From Candidatus Iainarchaeum sp. (lineage in GTDB: Archaea > Iainarchaeota > Iainarchaeia > Iainarchaeales > JAAZKV01), in assembly GCA_028691435.1 (NCBI GenBank), contig JAQUZG010000002.1, forward strand, positions 1 to 52,952: 52,952 bases of DNA, written 5' to 3'. The translations under genes were made by a program, and so were the position numbers. Below, piece after piece: positions 17,415-26,208 of the stretch (positions are counted from its first letter, which is position 1; every line of letters starts with the position of its first letter). The notes beneath the pieces are model-generated. The model did not search any database. It was not told where the DNA came from and worked only from the letters and a program-made list of their open reading frames with translations.

Positions 17415-18698
17415 TTAGAAATTAGGAAAAGCTTTTTTTCCAATAAATTTAATATCTGATTCTTTTTCAATTTGTAAAATTCTATTATACTTTGCTATTC
17501 TTTCTCCTCGACAAGGAGCACCAGATTTTATTTGACCAGTACCTAAACCAACAGCCAAGTCAGCAATAAAAGAATCATTTGTTTCTCCACTTCGGTGAGA
17601 TACTTGAACATTCCAATTTGCTTTTAATGCAGTGTTTGCTGAATCAATTGCTTCTGAAAGTGTACCAACTTGATTAACTTTAAGTAATAAAGCATTTGCT
17701 CTTTTGTTTTCTATTGAATCTAAAACAAATTTTTTTTGTGAAACTGTTAAGTCGTCAGCAACAATTTGAACCTTGTGGCCAATTTCAGAAATTATTTTTT
17801 TCCACATCACATAATCATTTTCATCAAATGAATCTTCAATTGAAACAATTGGATAAATTTGACAAAGAGCTTTATACTCATCTAATAATTGATCACCAGT
17901 TAAATCATATTTTTCTAAACCATATTTTATTGATGAATCTTTTTTTGAAAAAGATGATGCTGCAACATCCATTGCTAAACCAATTTGACCAGCATATCCA
18001 AGTTTTTCAATTACCGAATAAATTTCATCAAGTGGTTCTTCTATTTTTGATAAATTTGGCGCAAATCCACCTTCATCTCCAACATTTGTAGCACTTTTTC
18101 CATATTTAGTTTCAAGAGATTTTTTTAATTCTTGAAATACTTCTACCCCAGCAGAAAATGATTCTTCAAATGAATTAAATTTAATTGGAAGAATTTGATA
18201 TTCTTGAACATCAAGATCGTTACCAGCATGTTTTCCGCCATTAATTATATTTAAAGCTGGAACAGGTAAACACATTTGTTTATTAGATAATTTTGATAAA
18301 TAAACATAAAGTTCTCTGCTTGATGAAGATACAACAGCTCCAGCTTTTGCAATAGCTAATGATACAGACAAAATTGCATTTGCTCCTAAAACAGATTTAT
18401 TATCAGTCCCATCAAGTTTAATCATCACATCATCAATTTCTTGTTGGTTTCTACAATCTTTACCAATGACTGCATTAGCTAAAACATTATTAACATTAGC
18501 AATTGCTTTATTTACACCTTTTCCATTAAAGGCTTTTTCTTTATCTCTTAATTCTAATGCTTCTTTTTCACCAGTTGAAGCACCCGAAGGAACTGCAGCT
18601 TTAAATCTACCAAAACTTGTTTTTATTGTAGTTTCAATTGTTGGAAATCCTCTTGAATCAAAAATTTGTCGTGCAATAACACTTTTTATAGAATACAT
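17415..18698 (-). CDS. eno: Enolase
   Basis: DSRGFPT, VPSGASTG, NIINGGKHAG, GDEGGFAP, LLKVNQVGT, SHRSGET, GQIKSGAPCRGER motifs. Start moved to the ATG at 18698. Confidence 0.97.
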   Translation of the reverse strand: MYSIKSVIARQIFDSRGFPTIETTIKTSFGRFKAAVPSGASTGEKEALELRDKEKAFNGKGVNKAIANVNNVLANAVIGKDCRNQQEIDDVMIKLDGTDNKSVLGANAILSVSLAIAKAGAVVSSSSRELYVYLSKLSNKQMCLPVPALNIINGGKHAGNDLDVQEYQILPIKFNSFEESFSAGVEVFQELKKSLETKYGKSATNVGDEGGFAPNLSKIEEPLDEIYSVIEKLGYAGQIGLAMDVAASSFSKKDSSIKYGLEKYDLTGDQLLDEYKALCQIYPIVSIEDSFDENDYVMWKKIISEIGHKVQIVADDLTVSQKKFVLDSIENKRANALLLKVNQVGTLSEAIDSANTALKANWNVQVSHRSGETNDSFIADLAVGLGTGQIKSGAPCRGERIAKYNRILQIEKESDIKFIGKKAFPNF

Positions 18699-18860
18699 AA
18701 AATAAATACATGTGAAAGAATTAAAAACCCTTTCTAAATAAGACAAATTAAAAAAAATAATTAGTTAGTTATATTTAAAAATTAAAAAAAATATATATAA
18801 TTAGTAAAAAAACATATAATTCATAAAAAACAATCAATAAAATAAAATAAGTTGAAAAAT

Positions 18861-19859
18861 ATGAAAATATTATTTATTGTTCAAGAAGGAAATGATTCTG
18901 GCATAACAACTTATGCTAAACTTATAGAAAAAGAATTAATAAAAAATGGAGTAGATGTAAATACTGATAATAATTATTTTGATAAATATGATATTATCCA
19001 CATACATGGCAGACCAAATTTTGGAATAGTAATTGCTAAACTAATTAATAACCCAAAGATTGTTACAACCACACATATGACTTTAAATGAATTAAATGGA
19101 TTAATGCCAAATAGCACGATGTTTGTTGCACAAAAATATATTGATTTTCTATACACTCATTCAAAAAAGATTTTTGTAGTTTCACAAAGTTTATTTAATC
19201 AATTTAAAAAGAATAATGAAATAAAAAATAAAATTGTTTTTTTACCATATTCAATTGATGTTGGAAGATTTTATGAAAGAAAAGAAATAGATGTAAAAAA
19301 ATTTAAAGAAAAATATGATATTGATAAAAATAAAAAAACAATTCTTTGTGTAGCTTCAATTCAAGAAAGAAAAGGAATTTATGAATTTATTGAAATTGCA
19401 AAACAATTAAAAGAATATAACTTTGTTTGGGTTGGAAAAATTCCAGATACAATTTATCTAAAAAATAGAGATGTAATAAAAAAATTAGTTGAAAATAAAC
19501 CTAAAAATGTAACATTTACTGGCACACTTTATGGGGACGATTTAGTTAATGCATATTATGCATCAGATTTGTTTTGGTTACCTTCAAAATCTGAAACTTT
19601 TGGATTAGTAAATATTGAAGCTGCTGCTTGCGGATTAAATGTACTTTTACCAAATTTAGAAGTGTTTAAACAATTTCAAGATTTTGCAATATTTTATGAA
19701 ACTACACCAAAAGAAAAAATAAAAGATATTTTAGAAAATAAAAAAAACAAATCTAAATACAAAAAATTAATTAATATTGGAAAAAAAGAATCTATGAAAT
19801 ATGATATTAAAAAAAATATTAAAAGATTAATCAAAGAGTATAAAGAAGTAATTAGATAA
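18861..19859 (+). CDS. Glycosyltransferase family 4 (GT-B)
   Basis: DIIHIH, SIQERKGI, and LPSKSETFGLVNIEAAACG (ExF/GxxxxEA) motifs. Confidence 0.9.
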   Translation: MKILFIVQEGNDSGITTYAKLIEKELIKNGVDVNTDNNYFDKYDIIHIHGRPNFGIVIAKLINNPKIVTTTHMTLNELNGLMPNSTMFVAQKYIDFLYTHSKKIFVVSQSLFNQFKKNNEIKNKIVFLPYSIDVGRFYERKEIDVKKFKEKYDIDKNKKTILCVASIQERKGIYEFIEIAKQLKEYNFVWVGKIPDTIYLKNRDVIKKLVENKPKNVTFTGTLYGDDLVNAYYASDLFWLPSKSETFGLVNIEAAACGLNVLLPNLEVFKQFQDFAIFYETTPKEKIKDILENKKNKSKYKKLINIGKKESMKYDIKKNIKRLIKEYKEVIR

Positions 19860-19914
19860 AAAAATTATTTTTGAAAAAATATTTTAAAAAAAGTTAAAAA
19901 AGATACCAAATGTA

Positions 19915-20094
19915 TTACATTTGGTTTGATTTTATTATTAGTGCAACTCCAATTATAATTAATAAAATCCATAAAAATTTTGAAATTGTTGCAAGTGGTT
20001 CCGATTGAGAAAATGGTTCAATAACCACATTCCCAGTTAATCCAATTCCAATCCCAATTAAAAGCAATCCAACTTGATAAAGTATCATATTCAT
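19915..20094 (-). CDS. Small two-TM membrane protein
   Basis: 59 aa from the ATG at 20094, preceded by GGTGA; two hydrophobic helices. Confidence 0.65.
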   Translation of the reverse strand: MNMILYQVGLLLIGIGIGLTGNVVIEPFSQSEPLATISKFLWILLIIIGVALIIKSNQM

Positions 20095-20245
20095 ATTTTT
20101 CACCCTACTTATTATACATTAGTAAAATTAAGTTATATAAAAAATTATCTTTTGCATTTAATTAATCAAACAATCAACATATTTAATATAGTTATATTTT
20201 TACCATATACCTACATTTTTAAAGTTTTTTTATTAAACTATTTTT

Positions 20246-20905
20246 ATGAAAAAAGTTTGCTTTATCGAAATGGAAGGAATTTTAACAAATTACAAAGATT
20301 ATACTGTAGATAATAATACAGCAAATAAATTTATTGCTGATTTTAAATCATTTTCAAAAGAAAATAACATTAAATTATATTTACTTTCAGGACACCATGA
20401 AAAAATAGCTAAAGAAAAATTCAATAATTCTTTTTTAAAAGATTTTTTTTCAGAAGATGAATTTATTTTTGTTGATGATAATTATATACAAAATAAACAT
20501 GAAACTGATAAAATGATTCATGAATCAAATTTAGAAAAAGATATTGAATTTAGTGATTCATATTTTAAACAAATAATTATTCAAAAAATACTTAAAGAAT
20601 TAAATTTAGAAAACTCTGACGCATTACTTTTTTGTAAAGATGTTTGGGTGGATGCTTATTACACCACTAGATTTTCAAAAATTGATTTTGCATTATTTGA
20701 AACAAATTTACTTGATAGAGGAAAAAAAACAGATTTAATTTCTGGTTTAGTATATTATAATTTTGATTTTAATAAAGTAAAAGAATTAATTGAAAATTTT
20801 CCAAAATTATATACTGCACAATTAGAAAAAAAAGTTAATGATGAAATAAAAAATGTGCTATTGAAAGATACTGATTTTTCAGGATTAAATAAAAAGAGGA
20901 GTTAA
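20246..20905 (+). CDS. HAD-superfamily-like protein with a degenerate motif I
   Basis: MKKVCFIEMEGIL aligns to xxFDxDGTL; LYLLSG matches motif II; ALLFCKDVWVD matches motif IV. Confidence 0.6.
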   Translation: MKKVCFIEMEGILTNYKDYTVDNNTANKFIADFKSFSKENNIKLYLLSGHHEKIAKEKFNNSFLKDFFSEDEFIFVDDNYIQNKHETDKMIHESNLEKDIEFSDSYFKQIIIQKILKELNLENSDALLFCKDVWVDAYYTTRFSKIDFALFETNLLDRGKKTDLISGLVYYNFDFNKVKELIENFPKLYTAQLEKKVNDEIKNVLLKDTDFSGLNKKRS

Positions 20906-20906
20906 A

Positions 20907-21815
20907 ATGGGATTGTTTAGTAAAAACATTGTTGAACAAGATGTTAAAATTAACAATTTAATTGTTTCCCTAATTACTCCAATGAATGAAGATTATACAA
21001 TTGATGAAATTGGATATAAAGCATTAATTGCAAAACTAATGAATAAAGGAGTTAGAAATTTTTTAATACTCGATAATACAAATGATTTAAATAAATATGA
21101 TTTACATGGAGAAAAACAATTAATTAAATTTGCATCAAATAATATTGGAAAAAAAGGTAATTTAATTATTGGATGTTTTTCAAATTCAACTGATGAGATA
21201 ATTGAAAAAATAAAACATGCTGAAAAATTTTCAAAAATTGTTGCAATAAATATACCCCAATCTGCATTAACTAATGACATATCATTCATGGATTTTTTTG
21301 ACAAATTATTTACTAAAACAAAGAAAAATATAATAATAATAAATGATCCAAAATCTTCTGGAAAAAATATTCCTGTAGAAGGATTAAATTTAATTGCGAA
21401 TTGGGAAAGGTTAATCGGAGTAATTGATTATTCCCAAGATTTAAATTATTTCCATACACTTTCACAATTTCATCAATGTTTTAATATCTATCAAGGATAT
21501 GAAAAATTAGCTACTGATTCATATAGTTATTATTGTTCAGGAATAGTTTCAAGTCTAGCAAATCTTACACCAAGCTACTTTTTTTCGTTAAAAGAAGATA
21601 TTGAGTTTTCAAATAATTTAACAATTCAAAAAAAACAAGAAGCTATCAATAATTTAATTGATTCTTGTTCAATAAATAACAAAAAAATACAAAGTTATAA
21701 ATATTTACTTTATAAAAATGGATTAATTCAACCTTATTATTCAAAAGAATTACCAATTTTAACTGAAGAAGAAATTAGCACACTTGATGAGCTAATAAAA
21801 AAAATATTAGTTTAA
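20907..21815 (+). CDS. Dihydrodipicolinate synthase (DapA)-like TIM barrel, catalytic residues absent
   Basis: SLITPMNEDYTIDEIGY N-terminus and overall DapA layout; GTTGE, the catalytic Tyr and the Schiff-base Lys positions are replaced. Confidence 0.7.
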   Translation: MGLFSKNIVEQDVKINNLIVSLITPMNEDYTIDEIGYKALIAKLMNKGVRNFLILDNTNDLNKYDLHGEKQLIKFASNNIGKKGNLIIGCFSNSTDEIIEKIKHAEKFSKIVAINIPQSALTNDISFMDFFDKLFTKTKKNIIIINDPKSSGKNIPVEGLNLIANWERLIGVIDYSQDLNYFHTLSQFHQCFNIYQGYEKLATDSYSYYCSGIVSSLANLTPSYFFSLKEDIEFSNNLTIQKKQEAINNLIDSCSINNKKIQSYKYLLYKNGLIQPYYSKELPILTEEEISTLDELIKKILV

Positions 21816-22922
21816 TTAGAAATTCTTTTTTATTAAATCGCCAGCATTAAATCTACTGTTTGTTTTGTTATCAACAGATGCATTTTCAGGATAATAAGAT
21901 TCTGTTGCCCATTTTCCAATTTTTAATGGTTTTAATTTATTTGATTCATGATTTGTACCAAGTTCAACGCCATCTTTTTTAAGTACTGAAAAAATATTAT
22001 TTAAACTAAACCCAGAATCAGTTTTTGTTTCAGTCGATAAACTTTTTGAAATATCTTTTACTTGTGAATCCATATCTTTGTGATCAGAAAAATGATTTTG
22101 TGAAGAAGAATCTCCTGAATTATTTTTTGAAAAATTAAATTTTGGAAGACTAAATGAATAAACCGAAAAGTCTTTTGATTTTAAATAAAGAACGATTCCA
22201 ATAAGTAATAATAATAAACAAACAGCTAAAATAATTCCTGAATTTTCAACACCCATCAAAAATAAACCATTTAAACTACTAAATGCTAAAGGTTGTGTAT
22301 TTTTTGAAGTCATTAATTCATTAACATCTAAATTTATTTTTTCTAAATTTTGACTATTTGTTGATTCTTTTTCTTCAAGATTAGAAATTGTTGATTGTAA
22401 GATTGTTATTGAATTATCAAGTGAATCTATTTCATTATTTTTTTCAATTAATTGTTCATTTAATGAAGAAATTTCACTTTCATAATCTTTTTTTAATTTT
22501 GATAATTCATTAGTTAGTTGGTCTTTTTCGTATGAAGAAACTGGAATAATAAATTCTACATCATAAGAATTTTCTTCAATTAAGTTGTTTGATGAATCAT
22601 AACGCTTTATTGTAATTGTATGAAAACCATTATTTAACCCAACCATGATGAAACTAACATTTAATTCTTTTCTTGAAAAATCAATTACTTTTGAAGAACT
22701 TGATTCAGCTAAAACCAAATTTGAAACTTTTGTAATAACAAATATTTCTTCATTATCAATAAATAATCTTGAACTTTCAGTGTTTGATAAATTTGAAAAA
22801 CTTGCCTCAATAGTCCAATTAGTTCCTTGGACAATTGGATTAGTAACACTAACACTTATCGCATTAGCTATTGAAAATAAACACACTAAACTAATTAATA
22901 CTAAAAAAATCTTTGAATTCAT
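21816..22922 (-). CDS. Type I membrane protein: signal peptide, beta domain, coiled coil, TM, long tail
   Basis: Signal peptide ending ANA; heptads LTNELSKLKKDYESEISSLNEQLIEK...; TM GIILAVCLLLLLIGIVLYL; about 120 aa after the TM. Confidence 0.75.
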   Translation of the reverse strand: MNSKIFLVLISLVCLFSIANAISVSVTNPIVQGTNWTIEASFSNLSNTESSRLFIDNEEIFVITKVSNLVLAESSSSKVIDFSRKELNVSFIMVGLNNGFHTITIKRYDSSNNLIEENSYDVEFIIPVSSYEKDQLTNELSKLKKDYESEISSLNEQLIEKNNEIDSLDNSITILQSTISNLEEKESTNSQNLEKINLDVNELMTSKNTQPLAFSSLNGLFLMGVENSGIILAVCLLLLLIGIVLYLKSKDFSVYSFSLPKFNFSKNNSGDSSSQNHFSDHKDMDSQVKDISKSLSTETKTDSGFSLNNIFSVLKKDGVELGTNHESNKLKPLKIGKWATESYYPENASVDNKTNSRFNAGDLIKKNF

Positions 22923-23158
22923 AAATTAATAACAGCATAGAAGTTTTTAAATTTAATTAAAATTTAAAATTTTACAAATTTGGAATTTAAATAGATAAAC
23001 TAAATTTATACTTAATTTGTGACAAATTAGTCAAAACTTAATTGCATCAATCACTAGTATGAATTTGATCCACAACGTCTAATTTATGCATAGTCGATAA
23101 TATTTACCAAAAAATGTATCAAAATACTTATAAATAGATAATTGCTAATTTTATAGAA

Positions 23159-24316
23159 ATGATTAAACGAATAAAATATGAAGATAAAGAAATTATTCTT
23201 GTTGGAACTGCACATATTTCTAAAGAATCAATGGAGTTAGTTAAGGAGACTATTAATTTAGAACAACCTGATGTTGTTGGAGTAGAACTTGATGAACAAA
23301 GAATTGAACAATTGTTATCTGGAAAAAAATGGCAAGAAACAAATATTATTGAGATTGTAAAAACTGGAAGAACTTATTTATTTTTATTAAACACTGTATT
23401 ATCGAATGTTCAAAAACAACTTGGTGATGAAGTTGGAATTAAACCTGGTTCAGAAATGCTTGTTGCGATAAAAGTAGCTAATGAAAATAAAAAACCAATT
23501 CATTTGCTTGATAGAAATATTTCAATAACACTTAAAAGAGCAATTAAAAAAATGACTTTAAAAGAAAAAATTTGGATTGGAGTTTCATTAGTCGGGGCAA
23601 TGTTTGGGGTTGGAGAAAAAATAAATTTGAATATTAGTTCAATTGAAGATTTAAAGGATCAAGATTTGATAAATAAATTAATGAAAGAACTTGGGAAAAA
23701 AATGCCTTCAATAAAAGAGGTTTTAGTTGATGAAAGAGATGCATATATTGCACAAATGATAAAAATTAGCCCTGGAAAAAAGATTGTTGCTGTTGTTGGA
23801 GCTGGACATTTAGAAGGAATTGAAAAAATAATTAATGAAAAAAAACATGTTAACTTGGCAAAATTAAATGTTATTCCAAAAAAGAATAATTATTTAGGAA
23901 TTATAAAATATTTGATACCTTTACTGTTTGTTATATTATTAATTTATTTAACTGCAACACAAGGATTAAATCAAACATTTAATGCCTTAATTATTTGGGC
24001 AATTGCAAATATGATTTGTGCAAGTATTGGAGCAATACTTGCAAGAGCACATATAATTACAATCATAGTTGCTGGTCTTGCTGCACCTTTAACTTCGTTA
24101 CACCCGGCTATTGCAGCAGGATGGGTTGCAGCGATAGTTGAAGGAAAATTCTATCCACCAAGAGTAATGGATTTTGAAGAAATGTCACAAATAAAAGGAA
24201 TAAGTGGATACTATAAAAATCGAGTTACACACATTTTAATAGTAACTGCTTTTGTAAATTTAGGTTCTACTATTGGAACATTTGTTGCAGTTCCTTTTTT
24301 ACTTGGTTTGATTTAA
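23159..24316 (+). CDS. TraB/GumN (PrgY/Tiki-like) family protein
   Basis: LVGTAHIS, VGVELD, LDRNISITLKR, ERDAYIA, VVGAGH motifs and C-terminal TM helices. Confidence 0.9.
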   Translation: MIKRIKYEDKEIILVGTAHISKESMELVKETINLEQPDVVGVELDEQRIEQLLSGKKWQETNIIEIVKTGRTYLFLLNTVLSNVQKQLGDEVGIKPGSEMLVAIKVANENKKPIHLLDRNISITLKRAIKKMTLKEKIWIGVSLVGAMFGVGEKINLNISSIEDLKDQDLINKLMKELGKKMPSIKEVLVDERDAYIAQMIKISPGKKIVAVVGAGHLEGIEKIINEKKHVNLAKLNVIPKKNNYLGIIKYLIPLLFVILLIYLTATQGLNQTFNALIIWAIANMICASIGAILARAHIITIIVAGLAAPLTSLHPAIAAGWVAAIVEGKFYPPRVMDFEEMSQIKGISGYYKNRVTHILIVTAFVNLGSTIGTFVAVPFLLGLI

Positions 24317-24358
24317 AATTAAAAAGTAGAAACAAAAAATTAATAGAAAAAAATTTAA

Positions 24359-24682
24359 TTAATTTAATTTTGTACCTTCTTTAATTGAATCATCAACGAA
24401 TATTAATTTGTATTTATCTTCTTGGTTCATTGCACCAAGAATCATTGCTTGACTTTCAAAACCAGCTATTTTTGCAGGATCAAGATTATAAACAAATGCA
24501 ACTTTTTTTCCTTCAAGCTCATTGATTTGATAATATGGTTTTATTCCAGATATTACAGTTTTAATTTCAGTTCCAAAATTAACAGTTAGTTTGTAAATTT
24601 TGTCTTTAAGTGGAATTTCTTCAACTTTTTCAATCAAACCAACTCTTAAATCTAAATTTTGCCATTCTGCGAATGTTACCAT
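24359..24682 (-). CDS. tRNA-binding OB-fold protein (Trbp111/CsaA/MetRS-C type)
   Basis: LDLRVGLI, LTVNFG, VISGIKPYY, VYNLDPAKIAGFESQAMIL; ATG at 24682 after GGTGA. Confidence 0.9.
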   Translation of the reverse strand: MVTFAEWQNLDLRVGLIEKVEEIPLKDKIYKLTVNFGTEIKTVISGIKPYYQINELEGKKVAFVYNLDPAKIAGFESQAMILGAMNQEDKYKLIFVDDSIKEGTKLN

Positions 24683-24794
24683 AAAATCACCAAATAAATT
24701 AGAATTCAAAAGTTATTTAAATTTATTACAAAATTAGATTAAAATAATAAATTAAATAAATTATAGTTGTTTAATACACTATTTTTTTAATATA

Positions 24795-25451
24795 TTATCT
24801 TTCTTTTTTATTTTTTATGTATGGTAAAAGCGTACCTTTTTTTTCAGCAGTTTTAATTAATTTTTTTGCGTAAATTATTCGTTGAATTGTTCCAATCAAA
24901 GAAATTAGAGCAATTAAATAAAGTGCAAAATTTAAATAATTATAACCAAAAAAGGCAAGTAATAATCCAATAAATACAATAATTAATTTATCTGCATGTT
25001 CACCGATTGCTGGCCAATCATGATTATCAGCAATTATAATTAATGCTACTCTTGGCTTTGCATAACTTGAAAGCATTGAAAATCCAAGTGCAAGAATAGA
25101 TGGAATTTCAAGTCCGGGAATAAAAACAAAAGAACCAATCATAATGAAATCTACAAATTTATCAATCATTGTTTCAAAATAATTGCCCCAATTAGATACT
25201 TTATTTAATGCTCTTGCAACAGTACCATCAATTAAATCCATTGTGGGCGCAATTAAAAAAAATAAAAATGCTAATAAAAAATTTTGTTGATAGACAAAAT
25301 ATGCTCCAATTAAAGCAAAAAATAACCCCGAAATTGAAATCAAGTTTGGCGAAATTTTTAATTTAATAAATGGCCAAGAAAGAAAGTATTGAATTAATTT
25401 AATATGTGGCCTTAATTTTGAAAGCATAATAAAATAATTAGATTTAATCAT
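24795..25451 (-). CDS. CDP-alcohol phosphatidyltransferase
   Basis: ISPNLIS, then DLIDGTVAR-N8-GNYFETMID; multiple TMs. Confidence 0.9.
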   Translation of the reverse strand: MIKSNYFIMLSKLRPHIKLIQYFLSWPFIKLKISPNLISISGLFFALIGAYFVYQQNFLLAFLFFLIAPTMDLIDGTVARALNKVSNWGNYFETMIDKFVDFIMIGSFVFIPGLEIPSILALGFSMLSSYAKPRVALIIIADNHDWPAIGEHADKLIIVFIGLLLAFFGYNYLNFALYLIALISLIGTIQRIIYAKKLIKTAEKKGTLLPYIKNKKER

Positions 25452-25503
25452 ATAAATATATTGGTTAATTAAATCTAGACAATTAATTAAATTTAAAATA
25501 TAA

Positions 25504-26208
25504 TTAATTAGATTTAACCAATTTATTTTTATTTAATTTAATGAATAGTAAAATTATCATGATTGATAAAATTATGATTATGATTAAAATATAATTAAAA
25601 TTAAAACTTTGAATAAATTGGTTTTCTTTTTGATTATTAGAATCATTAAAAAATTTATTAGTTATATTTTCATCAGGTAAATTTAAATCTGTTTGTTTAA
25701 ATTTAATTTCTGAAATTGTTATTTCATTAAAATCATTAAGTTTATTTGATGGAATATTTTTATCAATATAATATGTAATTTCATCATCATTATGTATAAC
25801 AAATTCAATCACTGGATCTCTTTCAATTATATTAAATTCAAATTCAGAATAAATTTCATTCGCATCTAAGGCAATTGATTTTGGAATTGTTTCGATTATT
25901 TTTAAATAATTTAAATCAGATAAATTGTTTAAAAATATAGAAAATTTTGTTCTTGCTTTTGGTAAACCATTTGAATCATAGATTAATTCGTTTGTTAATT
26001 TTCGATTAAATGATAAATTATTTTCGATTAAGAATTTTTCTTTTTTTGTTAAATTAGAAAATAAATTTTCATCAAAATTAGTTTTGATTTCTTCTTGAAC
26101 AGTAAATAATTCTTCAATTTGATTTGCTTTTTCTATATTTATGTCCGTTAAACTGTTTGGTCTTGATCCACTACTGCCTCCGCACCCCCACTTCCACCAG
26201 TAGACCCA
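25504..26208 (-). CDS. Frameshifted 3' portion of the subtilase (post-Gly-linker domain plus TM anchor)
   Basis: Open frame from 26208 to 25504, checked codon by codon: GGSSGSRPNSL...IIETIPKSIA...IIERDPVIEF...TM-KLNKNKLVKSN. It has no good start of its own; the ORF track shows only the last 102 aa. Confidence 0.8.
   Translation of the reverse strand, partial: WVYWWKWGCGGSSGSRPNSLTDINIEKANQIEELFTVQEEIKTNFDENLFSNLTKKEKFLIENNLSFNRKLTNELIYDSNGLPKARTKFSIFLNNLSDLNYLKIIETIPKSIALDANEIYSEFEFNIIERDPVIEFVIHNDDEITYYIDKNIPSNKLNDFNEITISEIKFKQTDLNLPDENITNKFFNDSNNQKENQFIQSFNFNYILIIIIILSIMIILLFIKLNKNKLVKSN

Noticed and set aside
25504-25812. 102-aa ORF as an independent gene
   Set aside because: The frame is open a further ~400 nt upstream to the subtilase Gly linker, so it is better explained as the frameshifted C-terminus.
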